A stretch of 64,000 bases of DNA, from positions 96,001 through 160,000 of the IMG/VR virus record IMGVR_UViG_3300020411_003715. The stretch is one strand, 5' to 3'. Positions within the stretch are counted from its first letter, which is position 1; each line of letters starts with the position of its first letter. A program made the position numbers and the translations under genes. Positions 17,301 through 25,918 of the stretch are shown piece by piece. This DNA comes from a virus. The notes under the pieces are model-generated. The model searched no databases and was not told the origin of the DNA. It was given only the letters and a program-made list of their open reading frames with translations.

Positions 17301-17939
17301 ATTAAAGTCTCGACAACGACGATAGACGCCGACACGGGCGACGAAAAAGAGGCTCCTGATCTTGAGATGGAGACATACGTCCTTCCCTTTAAGGTCCAGG
17401 GGGGCTACGAGGAGAGAGAAGTCTTAATCCCTAAGTCTCTTTTTGCTGAGGTTGAAACAACAAAGTCAGCAGCGAACGCTCTTGCGGACATATGGATAGG
17501 GCTGAAGCGGATGGGGGCGGACGTCAATTTATTCATAGACACATATACGTCACGGTCATACGCTAACCTTGTCCAAGTAATGGGCAATAAGAATCCGTAC
17601 CTTAGGTTAAATTACTCTATTGATGACTATGAGACTTCGGCACTACCGATTAGCCCGTTGGGAAAGATAGCCCATACGGGATTCCATGGGTTTGCCTACG
17701 GAAACTACACCGAATTAAAAAATATCGAAAATTACGAGAGGCTTCTGACGGAAGGCAAGAAGGCCTTAAAGGCCATGAACCCCCGAACCGCGAAAAGACC
17801 GTTAAACCCAAAAGTAGACCCAAGGGCCCCCAGATGGTTTGCGGTACACAGGTATCAAAAAGCCATGAAGGCGAAGAGCCGGTCAGGTGGGCAAATCGCG
17901 GAACGACGTAAGCAGGGCGATTTTAACGCGAGATCATAG
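14334..17939 (+). CDS. Baseplate hub-like protein (gp27/GpD/VgrG-type) with large insertions
   Basis: N-terminal RVFLEGIEVDVVQATITGGVNTPATADIIIP...MFAGEVSGYSY; later SMSVTCRFSPHLVASLPCLVLD and YVGVIAKVQHTFNANGGAQTQVML. Confidence 0.6.
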   Translation: MGVSTAIHGRFVGCRVFLEGIEVDVVQATITGGVNTPATADIIIPYNDFIHEFLPRTLVHVFFMDSRYRKGKEVDTEKTKDLVNAIPRLKSTKDLRKAALALDRNDPDNWKLMFAGEVSGYSYQKVGALRQCKLSCMDFSSYFQNAKLYWGRRNTSLHSYKQAIFAGGTQLYRGKTKVDSSNDLVKLLSSKPSLKPTLPGLLGGLFSTLESVTGVYSPDATRKFRGTNDFLSQAELRLNICSMLGASEKDDTTTTFLRSKSFKRYLRRITRQLKSTASYYDIMNLILQKCYQVWSSVPAPPYMTDQSVVVKWNQVVNGYSYKKDPAVKKIFDETAEVHKRIGTHLQVAIDRTVGRSKGKEGSVPAGTDPAKHKIQGGKVAVDTKEISTTATTVASKTKDWGTAEQLREKGSQHYQKHGVGPKRTSRAAAAKIRGAYGHLANAKAHLDKIKADGGKKQDVPLLRKAYAELEAAKKKMVRAAGVRTKPMSETLSTNPRLHAFLFHPDIFMCPPPKCNVLFPDDIQSLSFSRGWMSEITRIWLHGRTSSGKARKNCYFAPNTSILGASEVGSKGEGLAETAIKKGHGFLMPHEKYTGINGSIVGLGDNAIFKKLHVKGLKEAKKVARAEAKKIKGTDAEAKAKRKKLVTDAINDFSGGAQFSAQPHLQRAANYMFFASRYGSRSMSVTCRFSPHLVASLPCLVLDPDVDQDSRFVTGRYSTAFATEGDKGEPSLDSRGFSKRAWEQDASGTRVAGTKGTHYVGVIAKVQHTFNANGGAQTQVMLTKCREHNESGSFWGDDDGDGVMHAKAVKKKYWRRRVRMKSNGGSIHSTDHSDYDPKVTGNINGNFTARVVRKAGSAIAVEKQTPGALKAILGSQWRKNRSYTVEPVMENGQPKTVVVGSPQTLADGSTSGSGKEFMAVKVYSRHSKNVVKPISFSFEAITTPPWFASIYHAGKIGSEYYGPMIGCDSVVDGTPLSLHDPEATLKEGTKIKVSTTTIDADTGDEKEAPDLEMETYVLPFKVQGGYEEREVLIPKSLFAEVETTKSAANALADIWIGLKRMGADVNLFIDTYTSRSYANLVQVMGNKNPYLRLNYSIDDYETSALPISPLGKIAHTGFHGFAYGNYTELKNIENYERLLTEGKKALKAMNPRTAKRPLNPKVDPRAPRWFAVHRYQKAMKAKSRSGGQIAERRKQGDFNARS

Positions 17940-17941
17940 AG

Positions 17942-18148
17942 GTGGACAGTATTATGAGTAGTGCTATAGATGACTTTGAGAAAGAATTAGTTAATGATAC
18001 TGTCTCCGAAGATCAAGCGGACGAGGCCATTGCTAAGGATGAACCCATTCCAAACGTAGAAATTTCATTTGGTAAGGGTGCTTCTAGGAAGAACTTGCTC
18101 TGTTCGAGGGGGTTCACGCTTAAAAGTATCTACGATATGTCCAAGTAG
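17942..18148 (+). CDS. Small acidic hypothetical protein
   Basis: 68-aa ORF starting 2 nt after the hub stop. Confidence 0.55.
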   Translation: MDSIMSSAIDDFEKELVNDTVSEDQADEAIAKDEPIPNVEISFGKGASRKNLLCSRGFTLKSIYDMSK

Positions 18149-18233
18149 GTAGTTCTTAATAGTATGGATATGTTGCATAATAACCATGACGCTCAGCCTT
18201 TTTTAGCGTCATAAAAACTGGAGGATAATTACC

Positions 18234-18632
18234 ATGAATGCATTAGAAAAGCTTGCCGCCAAGCGGCGAATCGCCTCACTACTCGGACAAGAGTTGTTTG
18301 AGGAAACAGGCAAGGAAGCCGGACTTAAAGAGATTGGGAAAGCTCTCAAGGGCTTAATGTCCAAGGCAAAGAAGACCGGAAAGAAGGTCATCGAAAAAGG
18401 AAAGAAGGAAGTTGACGTTATTCGGGCAAAGCCCCAAGAACGACTTCGCGCCAAGTGGAACAAGGGCCCCTTCGTTAAGAAGAAGGTCCAGAACTCCCGA
18501 CAGGCAAACTTGGCCAAAGCAGACAAGCGCACCAAAAAGTCGCGCACACGTGCAGCAGTAGCAGCAGGTGGTGGACTTGCAGGCTTGAGCGCCCTCGGAA
18601 TCGCAACCAAAGGCAACAGCTCGCCTGAGTAA
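18234..18632 (+). CDS. MNALEKLAA-leader Lys-rich protein with C-terminal Gly-zipper
   Basis: GGAGG RBS; MNALEKLAAKRRIASLL; AAVAAGGGLAGLSALGIAT. Confidence 0.85.
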   Translation: MNALEKLAAKRRIASLLGQELFEETGKEAGLKEIGKALKGLMSKAKKTGKKVIEKGKKEVDVIRAKPQERLRAKWNKGPFVKKKVQNSRQANLAKADKRTKKSRTRAAVAAGGGLAGLSALGIATKGNSSPE

Positions 18633-18658
18633 TAAGCCGCATATTAGGAGATAATAAG

Positions 18659-19606
18659 ATGCTTACAGCAGAAAGACGGGCGGCGCTAGAGATGCGGCTC
18701 CAAGGTGATGACTTTTTGACGAAGCAGGCGGCCATGGAAAAGGTTGCTGCTTACAAAGATACCTATGGCTGGCTCTGGCCATTAGCCGCTGAGGGCGATG
18801 AAGACGTCGCAGAGATGCGGAAAGAGGCCTTTCTAGGAATGGCTGCTCGCTTCATTGCGGGCAAAGGTCGCCAAATGCTTGGCGCTGCCGCCAAGAAGGG
18901 CGGGGAGGTCCTGACTAGATACGGCCGAACCGGTGGTGCCGCTAGCCAAAGAGGTCAGCGGATGATCCGAAGTGGCGAGCAGACGGTTAGACGCGGTCGC
19001 GCACAGGTAGCTCAGGCTAAGAGAGCCCGTCACTGGGGGATTAGTCAGCGACAAGCAGACGTTCTGATGTCTAAGCACACTGGGCCGAAGGGCTCTGCAG
19101 CCGCTAGAGACGCAGGCGCTGCGATCAAGACGCTTGATAAGACTACTAGAAGGTCTTCTGCGAAGGCGGGTAACCGTGCTGCGAGAAAGAACATCAAGTC
19201 TACCTTAGAGCGAAAGGCGGACGCTTCTTACAAGCCGACAGTCGCTGAGCGAATCTCTAGCCGAGTGGGCTCAGGAGCAGGTGGCGCGGGCGAGAGAAGG
19301 TTCTTGCTTGAGCAGGCCAAGGGCGGTGGTTCCGCAGCGCGTGCGCAAGTTCGTCGTGATGGGGCCAAGTCCGGGTTAGTATCAAGAACCCAAGACCTCC
19401 CCAACCGAAGCCGGGATATCTACGGTCGGACTACCCGAGAGGGCATTAAGAGCCGTGGGGCCGCTCGTGTTGTGGAAGGTGTGCTTGATGCACCAACGAC
19501 CGTCAGAAACGCGGCCTCTGGCATCGGCAGCCGCCTTTCCAGCGGTTGGAGAAGCCTCACAGGTCGCAATCCTGGTGGCCGTAACGAGTGGAAGACTATG
19601 GTCTAG
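18659..19606 (+). CDS. Very basic Arg/Ala/Gly-rich protein with K-x-A motifs
   Basis: AGGAG RBS; FLTKQAAMEKVAAY and MRKEAFLG, followed by ~250 aa of R/K/A/G-rich sequence. Confidence 0.75.
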   Translation: MLTAERRAALEMRLQGDDFLTKQAAMEKVAAYKDTYGWLWPLAAEGDEDVAEMRKEAFLGMAARFIAGKGRQMLGAAAKKGGEVLTRYGRTGGAASQRGQRMIRSGEQTVRRGRAQVAQAKRARHWGISQRQADVLMSKHTGPKGSAAARDAGAAIKTLDKTTRRSSAKAGNRAARKNIKSTLERKADASYKPTVAERISSRVGSGAGGAGERRFLLEQAKGGGSAARAQVRRDGAKSGLVSRTQDLPNRSRDIYGRTTREGIKSRGAARVVEGVLDAPTTVRNAASGIGSRLSSGWRSLTGRNPGGRNEWKTMV

Positions 19607-19620
19607 GACGCTAATCTGGT

Positions 19621-20514
19621 ATGGAGCTTGTCTTGGAAATTAATCCTATATCGGATTTTCTTAAGTTTGCTGAGAAGCAGACTAAAGTTCGTGCGCATAC
19701 GCGTAGGTCCAAAGGCAAGCTTGTATCTGTAGCGCAGCATGACCGGGAAGTCTCTGGTGAAGAAGCCAAAGACACAATGTCTGGATACGATCATCCGGAA
19801 CTCCAGTTAGACGATAAAAAGGCCAGAGAGATCGAGTTGTGGACAGCTTGGAAGGAGGGGGGACAAAATCCCAGTGATTTAGAACCCCTCCTTAGAAGCT
19901 TCAGACCACTTCTTCGCTCTAAGATGAACGTCTACAAGGGGAAGATGAAGATGATCCCAGATGCCGCGATCGAGGCTGAATTCCAGCTTCGGTTTGTGGA
20001 TGCACTCCGTTCCTATAACCCCGAAAAAGGGTCTTTAGGGACGTACATCTACCGGTATCTGGACAAGTCCAAAAGGTTTATCGTCGAAAACCAGAACATT
20101 GGGAGAATTCCTGAGAATAGAATTTATAAGATTAAAGCCTACACGACAGCCAAGGACGAACTTTCTGATGATTTAGGCAGGGTTCCTTCAGTCCCTGAAA
20201 TCGCAGAGAGGCTTGGTTGGTCGTTAGCGGAAGCAAACCGGATGGATGCCGAGCTAAGGAATGATCTTATGACTCAAGGCTTTGAGGATGATCCCTATTC
20301 GATCACACCCTCAAAGTCTGAAGAGGTTCTCAGACTTTTTAAGTATGAGCTTTCCGGTGATGAGAGAGATGTCTACGAGCACCTTACAGGCTTTGGGAAA
20401 AAACAACTCACGTCGACAAGCGAAATAGCTAAGCAGCTTAAAATGCCTGATTACCGCGTTAGTCGTCTTAAAAACTCAATTCAGAAGAAATTGAAGAGGT
20501 ACTTACATGACTAG
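19621..20514 (+). CDS. Sigma-70-family RNA polymerase sigma factor (regions 2, 3, 4) with N-terminal extension
   Basis: DALRSYNPEKGSLGTYIYRY (region 2); DELSDDLGRVPSVPEIAERLGWS (region 3); LSGDERDVY...STSEIAKQLKMPDYRVSRLKNSIQKKL (region 4 HTH). Confidence 0.85.
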   Translation: MELVLEINPISDFLKFAEKQTKVRAHTRRSKGKLVSVAQHDREVSGEEAKDTMSGYDHPELQLDDKKAREIELWTAWKEGGQNPSDLEPLLRSFRPLLRSKMNVYKGKMKMIPDAAIEAEFQLRFVDALRSYNPEKGSLGTYIYRYLDKSKRFIVENQNIGRIPENRIYKIKAYTTAKDELSDDLGRVPSVPEIAERLGWSLAEANRMDAELRNDLMTQGFEDDPYSITPSKSEEVLRLFKYELSGDERDVYEHLTGFGKKQLTSTSEIAKQLKMPDYRVSRLKNSIQKKLKRYLHD

Positions 20515-22165
20515 CATGGGAAAAGAGGCGAATATCGCCAAGGTCCACTTTCTTATGAAAGAAAAGGGCATGAGCGCTAAAGAAGCTATTAAAGCGGCAT
20601 ACCCAGAGTGGTCCGATGAAAAGGTTGCAGCTTTAGCCGCCAAACTCAGCGGCATGAAAGATGCTGGCATGGGCAAGGCTAAAAAAGAGGCCCCTGCGGA
20701 AGAAAAGAAAGCGTCGGTCGAGAAGATGGAACGACTAGGCTTTAAGGACTCTCAGCGTGCTTTGATGCGCGGACTGTCTTCGGGAAAGCCCTCTGACCAG
20801 TCACTGATTGCCTCCAAGGACACAATTAAGCGACGACTTAAAGCCCATGGAAAAGGGGCACTTGTGGGTGCGCCCATTGGGGCTCTTGCTGGCCTTGCCC
20901 TTGCCCCCAAGGGTGGACGTGCTCTCGGTGCGGCCCTCCTAGGCGCGGTCAGCGCGGGGGTTGGGGGGATTGTTGGGCAGACACGGTCTGATCAGAAGTT
21001 TTTGAAGTCGAAAGGTATCGACATGAAGTGGCACGGACTTTCTGTAAAGATTACGCCCAAGGCTCGCGCCAAGTACTTCCCTGAGCACAAGTCACTTACT
21101 GACAAAACTGCTGGGGTCAAGCTTGCCAAGCTGCGAGTGCATGACATCGAAGATGAGATTGGTGATTACCTAAGCGATGCGGATGAGACCAAAGTACGCC
21201 GCATGATCACCAAGGCGAAGAAGAAAAGCTTCGCCATGCGCCATCCGATCTTAACGGGAATCCCCACGCTAGGGATCGCCCCAGCGATGGCAAACAATAA
21301 AGCTAAGATGAAGATCATTCGCCAGCTTGCGAAGTCTGACCCAAAGATGCGTAAGCAACTAAGGAAGATGCGTGAAACTAAGAGGCGAGAAGATCATGAG
21401 ATGGCCGTCGCAAGAGCAGGCAGAACCAATGTCACGGTCAACGAGAAAAGCAAAGAGTCTTCCGTAAAGCTGGCTCAAAATGCGTTTACCGCACCGAAAA
21501 AAACACACACACCAATTAAACCAGCACCAACTAGAAAGACGCCTTCATATCCCAACATTGGGTCTGCAATCCGGTCTGCAGCCAAGCTCAATCGCCCACC
21601 AAGTATTTCAGCAAGCCTTTTACCGAGGCCGTTCAAGCCGGTCGATCCCAATCGTCGTAGCCTCGGAGAGGCTATACAGGGGTCTGGGTGGGGAGCGAGA
21701 AACGACACACTCCTTAAACGGGAACAGGAGGGTAGACGCTGGCAGCTCCAGCAGCGCATCGACCGGGAGCGGAAGATGTTAGAACAGCAGCAGCAGCAGC
21801 AGCAGGGATTCAAAACAGCATCCGTTCAGCTAGTCGCCCTACAACGCGGCTCTGAGGCTCTTTATGAGGGCTACATACAAAAGCATGCTGTTTTGAATCC
21901 GGTAACCACCGCTAAAGTCTCAAAGTTTTTTAAGGGCCTAATGACGAAAGCGAAGCCCGCAGCGAAAGCCGCAGGCGAAACGGTCAAGGGCTGGGGCTCT
22001 GCACTGGCAACCAAGTTCCCAGGAGCAACTAAGAAGGCAAAAGATGCTATTGCAGAATTTGTGAAGAACAACCCTAAAGCAGCAAAGGCGATCAAGGAAA
22101 ACTGGAAGCCTGCCGCAGGCGGAGCCGCAGCGGGTGCTATTATTAGCAAGGCCATGAGTGATTAG
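20507..22165 (+). CDS. Multi-module basic protein with repeated K-x-A junctions, Gly-zippers and polyQ
   Basis: Overlaps the sigma stop; KEAN, KKAS, KTAG, KLAK, KLAQ, KTAS, KHAV; GALVGAPIGALAGLAL...GAALLGAVSAGVGGIVG. Confidence 0.75.
   Translation: MTSMGKEANIAKVHFLMKEKGMSAKEAIKAAYPEWSDEKVAALAAKLSGMKDAGMGKAKKEAPAEEKKASVEKMERLGFKDSQRALMRGLSSGKPSDQSLIASKDTIKRRLKAHGKGALVGAPIGALAGLALAPKGGRALGAALLGAVSAGVGGIVGQTRSDQKFLKSKGIDMKWHGLSVKITPKARAKYFPEHKSLTDKTAGVKLAKLRVHDIEDEIGDYLSDADETKVRRMITKAKKKSFAMRHPILTGIPTLGIAPAMANNKAKMKIIRQLAKSDPKMRKQLRKMRETKRREDHEMAVARAGRTNVTVNEKSKESSVKLAQNAFTAPKKTHTPIKPAPTRKTPSYPNIGSAIRSAAKLNRPPSISASLLPRPFKPVDPNRRSLGEAIQGSGWGARNDTLLKREQEGRRWQLQQRIDRERKMLEQQQQQQQGFKTASVQLVALQRGSEALYEGYIQKHAVLNPVTTAKVSKFFKGLMTKAKPAAKAAGETVKGWGSALATKFPGATKKAKDAIAEFVKNNPKAAKAIKENWKPAAGGAAAGAIISKAMSD
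21785..21805 (+). repeat. (CAG)7 pure trinucleotide repeat encoding polyQ
   Basis: cagcagcagcagcagcagcag, in frame. Confidence 0.95.
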
Positions 22166-22438
22166 GTGGCGGAAGAAAAGGAAACCACGGAGGTCCCCGG
22201 ACTTCTATTACGGACGGCCGACAAGGATAAGTTCCTTGAGGACCTGAGAACGCAGACTTTGAGATTTCTCAAAGCGGAGAAGTACAGGCTTCAGGTAGAA
22301 AGAGAGTTTTTACTTAAATCCAAGGAAGGACTTAAGGACGCAGACAGCAAGAATAAAAGGCTTTCCGAGGTGCAGGTATACGCAGATGTAGCAAAGCTCC
22401 TAGGAATAAAGATGCCAAAACAGGTTGAGGAAAAGTAG
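22166..22438 (+). CDS. Small helical hypothetical protein
   Basis: 90-aa ORF abutting the upstream stop; charged, coiled-coil-like. Confidence 0.65.
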   Translation: MAEEKETTEVPGLLLRTADKDKFLEDLRTQTLRFLKAEKYRLQVEREFLLKSKEGLKDADSKNKRLSEVQVYADVAKLLGIKMPKQVEEK

Positions 22439-22459
22439 GAAGAGCTTTTTTGGTGGGCA

Positions 22460-23734
22460 ATGAAGGTTAAACTTGGAAAACGAGCGGTTCTCCCGTTCTT
22501 CGATACGCAGAACGTAATGCCTGGAGGCGGCGGCCTAGAGGCATTTACTGTTACAGTTACTGACCCCGATGGAACAGACATCGCCACGGAGGACATGACT
22601 GCTGCGGTCGACGTACCAAACCTGTACACCAGCGCACCCATTCTTTTCTCCAAAGTTGGTAAATACACGAGGACGTACAAATATGGTGACGACCCCTCTG
22701 TAATCTTGCAGGACTACGTAGACGTTGGCCCGGACCCGGTGAGCGACCTCAAAAGAGGTGTCCCACAAACACTTATACTTGACCAGCGGGATGCTGGGGG
22801 GATAGGCGAGACCGTAACGGTAAAGATTGTAGACCAGAACCGCGCCTTGGTGTTGGACGAGACGGCTGCTGCATATTCCGCTGACGCGTCTGGGTACACG
22901 GCATCAACAACCCTGTCCAAAGAGGGCCAGTACTTTATAGTCTGGTTTAAGCAGAACAACCTTAATCAGCAACAGCCGTTTATGTACGAGCACGCTCTTG
23001 TGCTTACCCCATCGGGCGCTGAGCTTTGTAGTTTTGTTGTTGCAACATTAGAGGGTAATAACGGGAACCCGCACATTAATACTACTGTGGTTGCGAGCCT
23101 TTCAGATGGAACAAAGGTCGCACAGGGCCTTACGGATAATGAGGGGAACCTATCGTTCAACCTAAACCCCGGAGCCCACGTGATAAGCCTGAATAAAGCA
23201 GGCACTGTTTTTTCAACCAACAACTTTGAGATCTCAGTAATAAACACTCGTGAGGCAGCAAAAGACCCGTCCCTTTATGCCGCCAGCGGAACCGAGATCC
23301 AAGCCTTCCAGCTAGTAACCAAGACGTTCTCACCTACGTTTACAGCCCCCGTATCTCCCGCCCCTATGTGCAAGCTCTACGCAGATGTGTTTAGGATGAA
23401 CGGGAAGCCATTGGCTCACGCCACGGTGCAAGTAGGGCTTTTGCACAAAGCCCAGCTTTTTAGCGGAACTGCGGTGTTCGACACGCAGACCCAGTTTAAG
23501 ATGGACGCGAATGGGCACGTAGAGTTCGAGCTTGTCCAGGGAATACAGGTAGAGATTATTATCGCGCCTCTATCTATTAGGCGTGTTATAACTGTGCCGT
23601 CTGGTGCTGATGCTATGGACCTTGTTTCCGGCGAACTTATCCCGATCAACCTTTTGGACCTCATGGCGGGCGCTGATGATGTCTTTGACATAATTAAAGC
23701 GAAAGCGCCGTCGGCACCGAGGAGAACCCTATGA
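22460..23734 (+). CDS. Beta-sandwich (Ig / carboxypeptidase-regulatory-like) virion protein
   Basis: VAQGLTDNEGNLSFNLNPGAHVISL; FKMDANGHVEFELVQG. Paralogous to 25919..26884. Confidence 0.6.
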   Translation: MKVKLGKRAVLPFFDTQNVMPGGGGLEAFTVTVTDPDGTDIATEDMTAAVDVPNLYTSAPILFSKVGKYTRTYKYGDDPSVILQDYVDVGPDPVSDLKRGVPQTLILDQRDAGGIGETVTVKIVDQNRALVLDETAAAYSADASGYTASTTLSKEGQYFIVWFKQNNLNQQQPFMYEHALVLTPSGAELCSFVVATLEGNNGNPHINTTVVASLSDGTKVAQGLTDNEGNLSFNLNPGAHVISLNKAGTVFSTNNFEISVINTREAAKDPSLYAASGTEIQAFQLVTKTFSPTFTAPVSPAPMCKLYADVFRMNGKPLAHATVQVGLLHKAQLFSGTAVFDTQTQFKMDANGHVEFELVQGIQVEIIIAPLSIRRVITVPSGADAMDLVSGELIPINLLDLMAGADDVFDIIKAKAPSAPRRTL

Positions 23735-25077
23735 GTTTTGACAGGGAACAAGCCTTGCTTCTCATGAGGGAGCTAACGAAGGAAGCCATGTATGGGGGGA
23801 AAGGTGCGCCAGGGGCGCAGCTACCGCCTGTTGCTGAGGGACAAAACACTCCCCCTAACTGGGCGATGAGCATGGACCAGAAGGCCCAAGGCACATCCCA
23901 GAGTAATATGGGCGTGAGGTTAAACTTTAACCGGGCAAGCAAAAGCACTGCGGCGATGCACCGAAACCAGGGCTCTGTTATCCGATCTGCGGAAAGACAG
24001 AAGCCGAAGAAGAACACCGGTGGACTAGTGGGGCGCGCTGATAACATCGTGGCCCAGGAAAAGATATCGGTAGCCTCCGTTTTAAGTAAGCGGGAGGCGA
24101 AGGCTAGACTTGTTGAGCTTCTTCGCTCATCGGATAGCACCAAAGAGGCCTGGATCAGGAAAGAGGCCGCAGGCGGCCTTATTCTTCGAGGCCTCCAAGC
24201 AGCGAAAAACTTCGGCTCTAGGCTTTTTAGCGGGGCCGCTCGGACAGCCACTAAGCCTAAGCCTAAGCAGCTATCGTTTGACTTCGGTGGGGCCGCGTCA
24301 AGAACCAGACCCAGTGGGCCATACGCAAACCTGCCGTCCGCATCCCATGTCACATCCACAGGCCGGGGAACATCTCAGGCGGCAGGAATGGGGTCCCGAC
24401 TCAGAGAAGGGGCCTCTAAGACAAAGCATTACCTGTCGCACAAGGGCTCAGGGTTTAAGAACGTCTACAAGCGAAAAGGCAGTGATGAGTTATTCACCTC
24501 CTATAGACCCACAATGCTTCGACCGAAGAACTGGGAAGTGGTCCGAAAAGCACACCAGACCGGTGGCGCTGTACAGAGGGCGGTTAAGGGTATTGCTGGT
24601 GGCGCGGTTAAGGGCGGTCTCGGGGCATACGGCCTCTCATGGGCGCTAAACCGGGACGCTGCCTGGGATGATCCTAAACGACTCAATATGGCCCTTGGCG
24701 GGGCCGTGCTTTGGCCATCAATGTTTAGTGGCGGGCCAGCAGCCCTTGCCATGATGGGCGGCATGGCAGGGTCCGAAAAACTGAGGGGTGCCGCCGGAGG
24801 CTTTACGCCTGCTGTCGGAGCCTTGTGGAACTCCAGGAACTGGAAAGATGGGGCCCCGTCAAAAACGCAGTCAACAATGGCAAATCTTACGGAAGCAACC
24901 ACAAGGTATGATCCTAAAGAAACCAAGAAAGAGATTGACATGCTGAACCGAAGAGCTGCCGAAGCTGAGAAAAAATGGCTGGCCGAACAGGGCAGAAAAA
25001 AACGCGGGGAGACCAGCGGGGACCGAGCGGCAGCACAGACTCAAGCGAAGCAGGATAAACTCCTGCAGAAGAACTAG
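23731..25077 (+). CDS. Basic K-x-A-motif protein with hydrophobic Gly-zipper segments
   Basis: ATGA overlap; LTKEAMY, STKEAWIRKEAAGG; GAVKGGLGAYGLSWAL and LNMALGGAVLWPSMFSGGPAALAMMGG. Confidence 0.75.
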   Translation: MSFDREQALLLMRELTKEAMYGGKGAPGAQLPPVAEGQNTPPNWAMSMDQKAQGTSQSNMGVRLNFNRASKSTAAMHRNQGSVIRSAERQKPKKNTGGLVGRADNIVAQEKISVASVLSKREAKARLVELLRSSDSTKEAWIRKEAAGGLILRGLQAAKNFGSRLFSGAARTATKPKPKQLSFDFGGAASRTRPSGPYANLPSASHVTSTGRGTSQAAGMGSRLREGASKTKHYLSHKGSGFKNVYKRKGSDELFTSYRPTMLRPKNWEVVRKAHQTGGAVQRAVKGIAGGAVKGGLGAYGLSWALNRDAAWDDPKRLNMALGGAVLWPSMFSGGPAALAMMGGMAGSEKLRGAAGGFTPAVGALWNSRNWKDGAPSKTQSTMANLTEATTRYDPKETKKEIDMLNRRAAEAEKKWLAEQGRKKRGETSGDRAAAQTQAKQDKLLQKN

Positions 25078-25080
25078 AGG

Positions 25081-25914
25081 GTGTCTATTATGATTTATAA
25101 CAACGACGAACAAATAAGCAGGCTTCACAGAGCGCTTCACAAGGTCGCCGCCAGGAAGCATGGAGAAACACAAGGCGTTGCTCTTGAGAAAGTTGCTCAG
25201 GCTGCCTTTTGTGATGAGCTATCGAACATAGACCCCGATTTTGAAAAAGTAGCGTTTGGTTGGTTAGACGTCGCCCTAACTGCTGCAATGTTTGTACCCG
25301 GGCTCAACGTAGTTGCAGGTCTGGCCAGAGGCGCAGCCGTAGCCTATCGCGGGATCCAAGCTGCAAGAGCGGTTAATACGGCAGTCAAGGGCTTGAGCGC
25401 TGCGAGTAAGGTGAGAAACTACGCCCGAGGCTTGCGCGGAGTAACTCACGTAGGGAAGGGCCTCAAAGGAACTAGCCAGACCGCCCAGAAGTTCCGAGCG
25501 ATGGCAAACCCAGCAAAACCACGACAGATGAATCTGTTCGGTCAGCAAGGGACGCAGGCGGCAACAAGGGGAACTGCCTCTAACGCACAAAGAGAGCTTG
25601 GTAAGCAACTTGGCACTCTCCAAAGGAAAACCCAGCGAGGGAATAGGTTCACGAGAATGCTTGGTCAGAACCAATCCAATATTCGCGCAAGCCAAGCACA
25701 GCAAGGGTTTAAGCACAGCATTAAGAGATCGCTCAAGGGACAGGCAAGCGTGCCCGGTTCGGCAGCGGCTTTTGGTGCGAATGCTTATTTTGGTGGCTGG
25801 GATGCAACTAAGCGCCTGATGGACGGAACGAGCGGCAAGACCATGGGTCAGGGCGGCCCCGGGTACGGTGCGAAAGGGCTTTCCACCATGAAAAACCTCA
25901 ACCGGGCGGGGTAA
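25081..25914 (+). CDS. Basic K-x-A-motif protein with hydrophobic helical hairpin
   Basis: VALEKVAQAAFCDELSNIDPDFEKVAFGWLDVALTAAMFVPGLNVVAGLARGA. Confidence 0.75.
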   Translation: MSIMIYNNDEQISRLHRALHKVAARKHGETQGVALEKVAQAAFCDELSNIDPDFEKVAFGWLDVALTAAMFVPGLNVVAGLARGAAVAYRGIQAARAVNTAVKGLSAASKVRNYARGLRGVTHVGKGLKGTSQTAQKFRAMANPAKPRQMNLFGQQGTQAATRGTASNAQRELGKQLGTLQRKTQRGNRFTRMLGQNQSNIRASQAQQGFKHSIKRSLKGQASVPGSAAAFGANAYFGGWDATKRLMDGTSGKTMGQGGPGYGAKGLSTMKNLNRAG

Positions 25915-25918
25915 AGAA

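Noticed and set aside
21475-21813. Antisense poly-Cys ORF
   Set aside because: A by-product of the (CAG)7 run read as TGC on the opposite strand.
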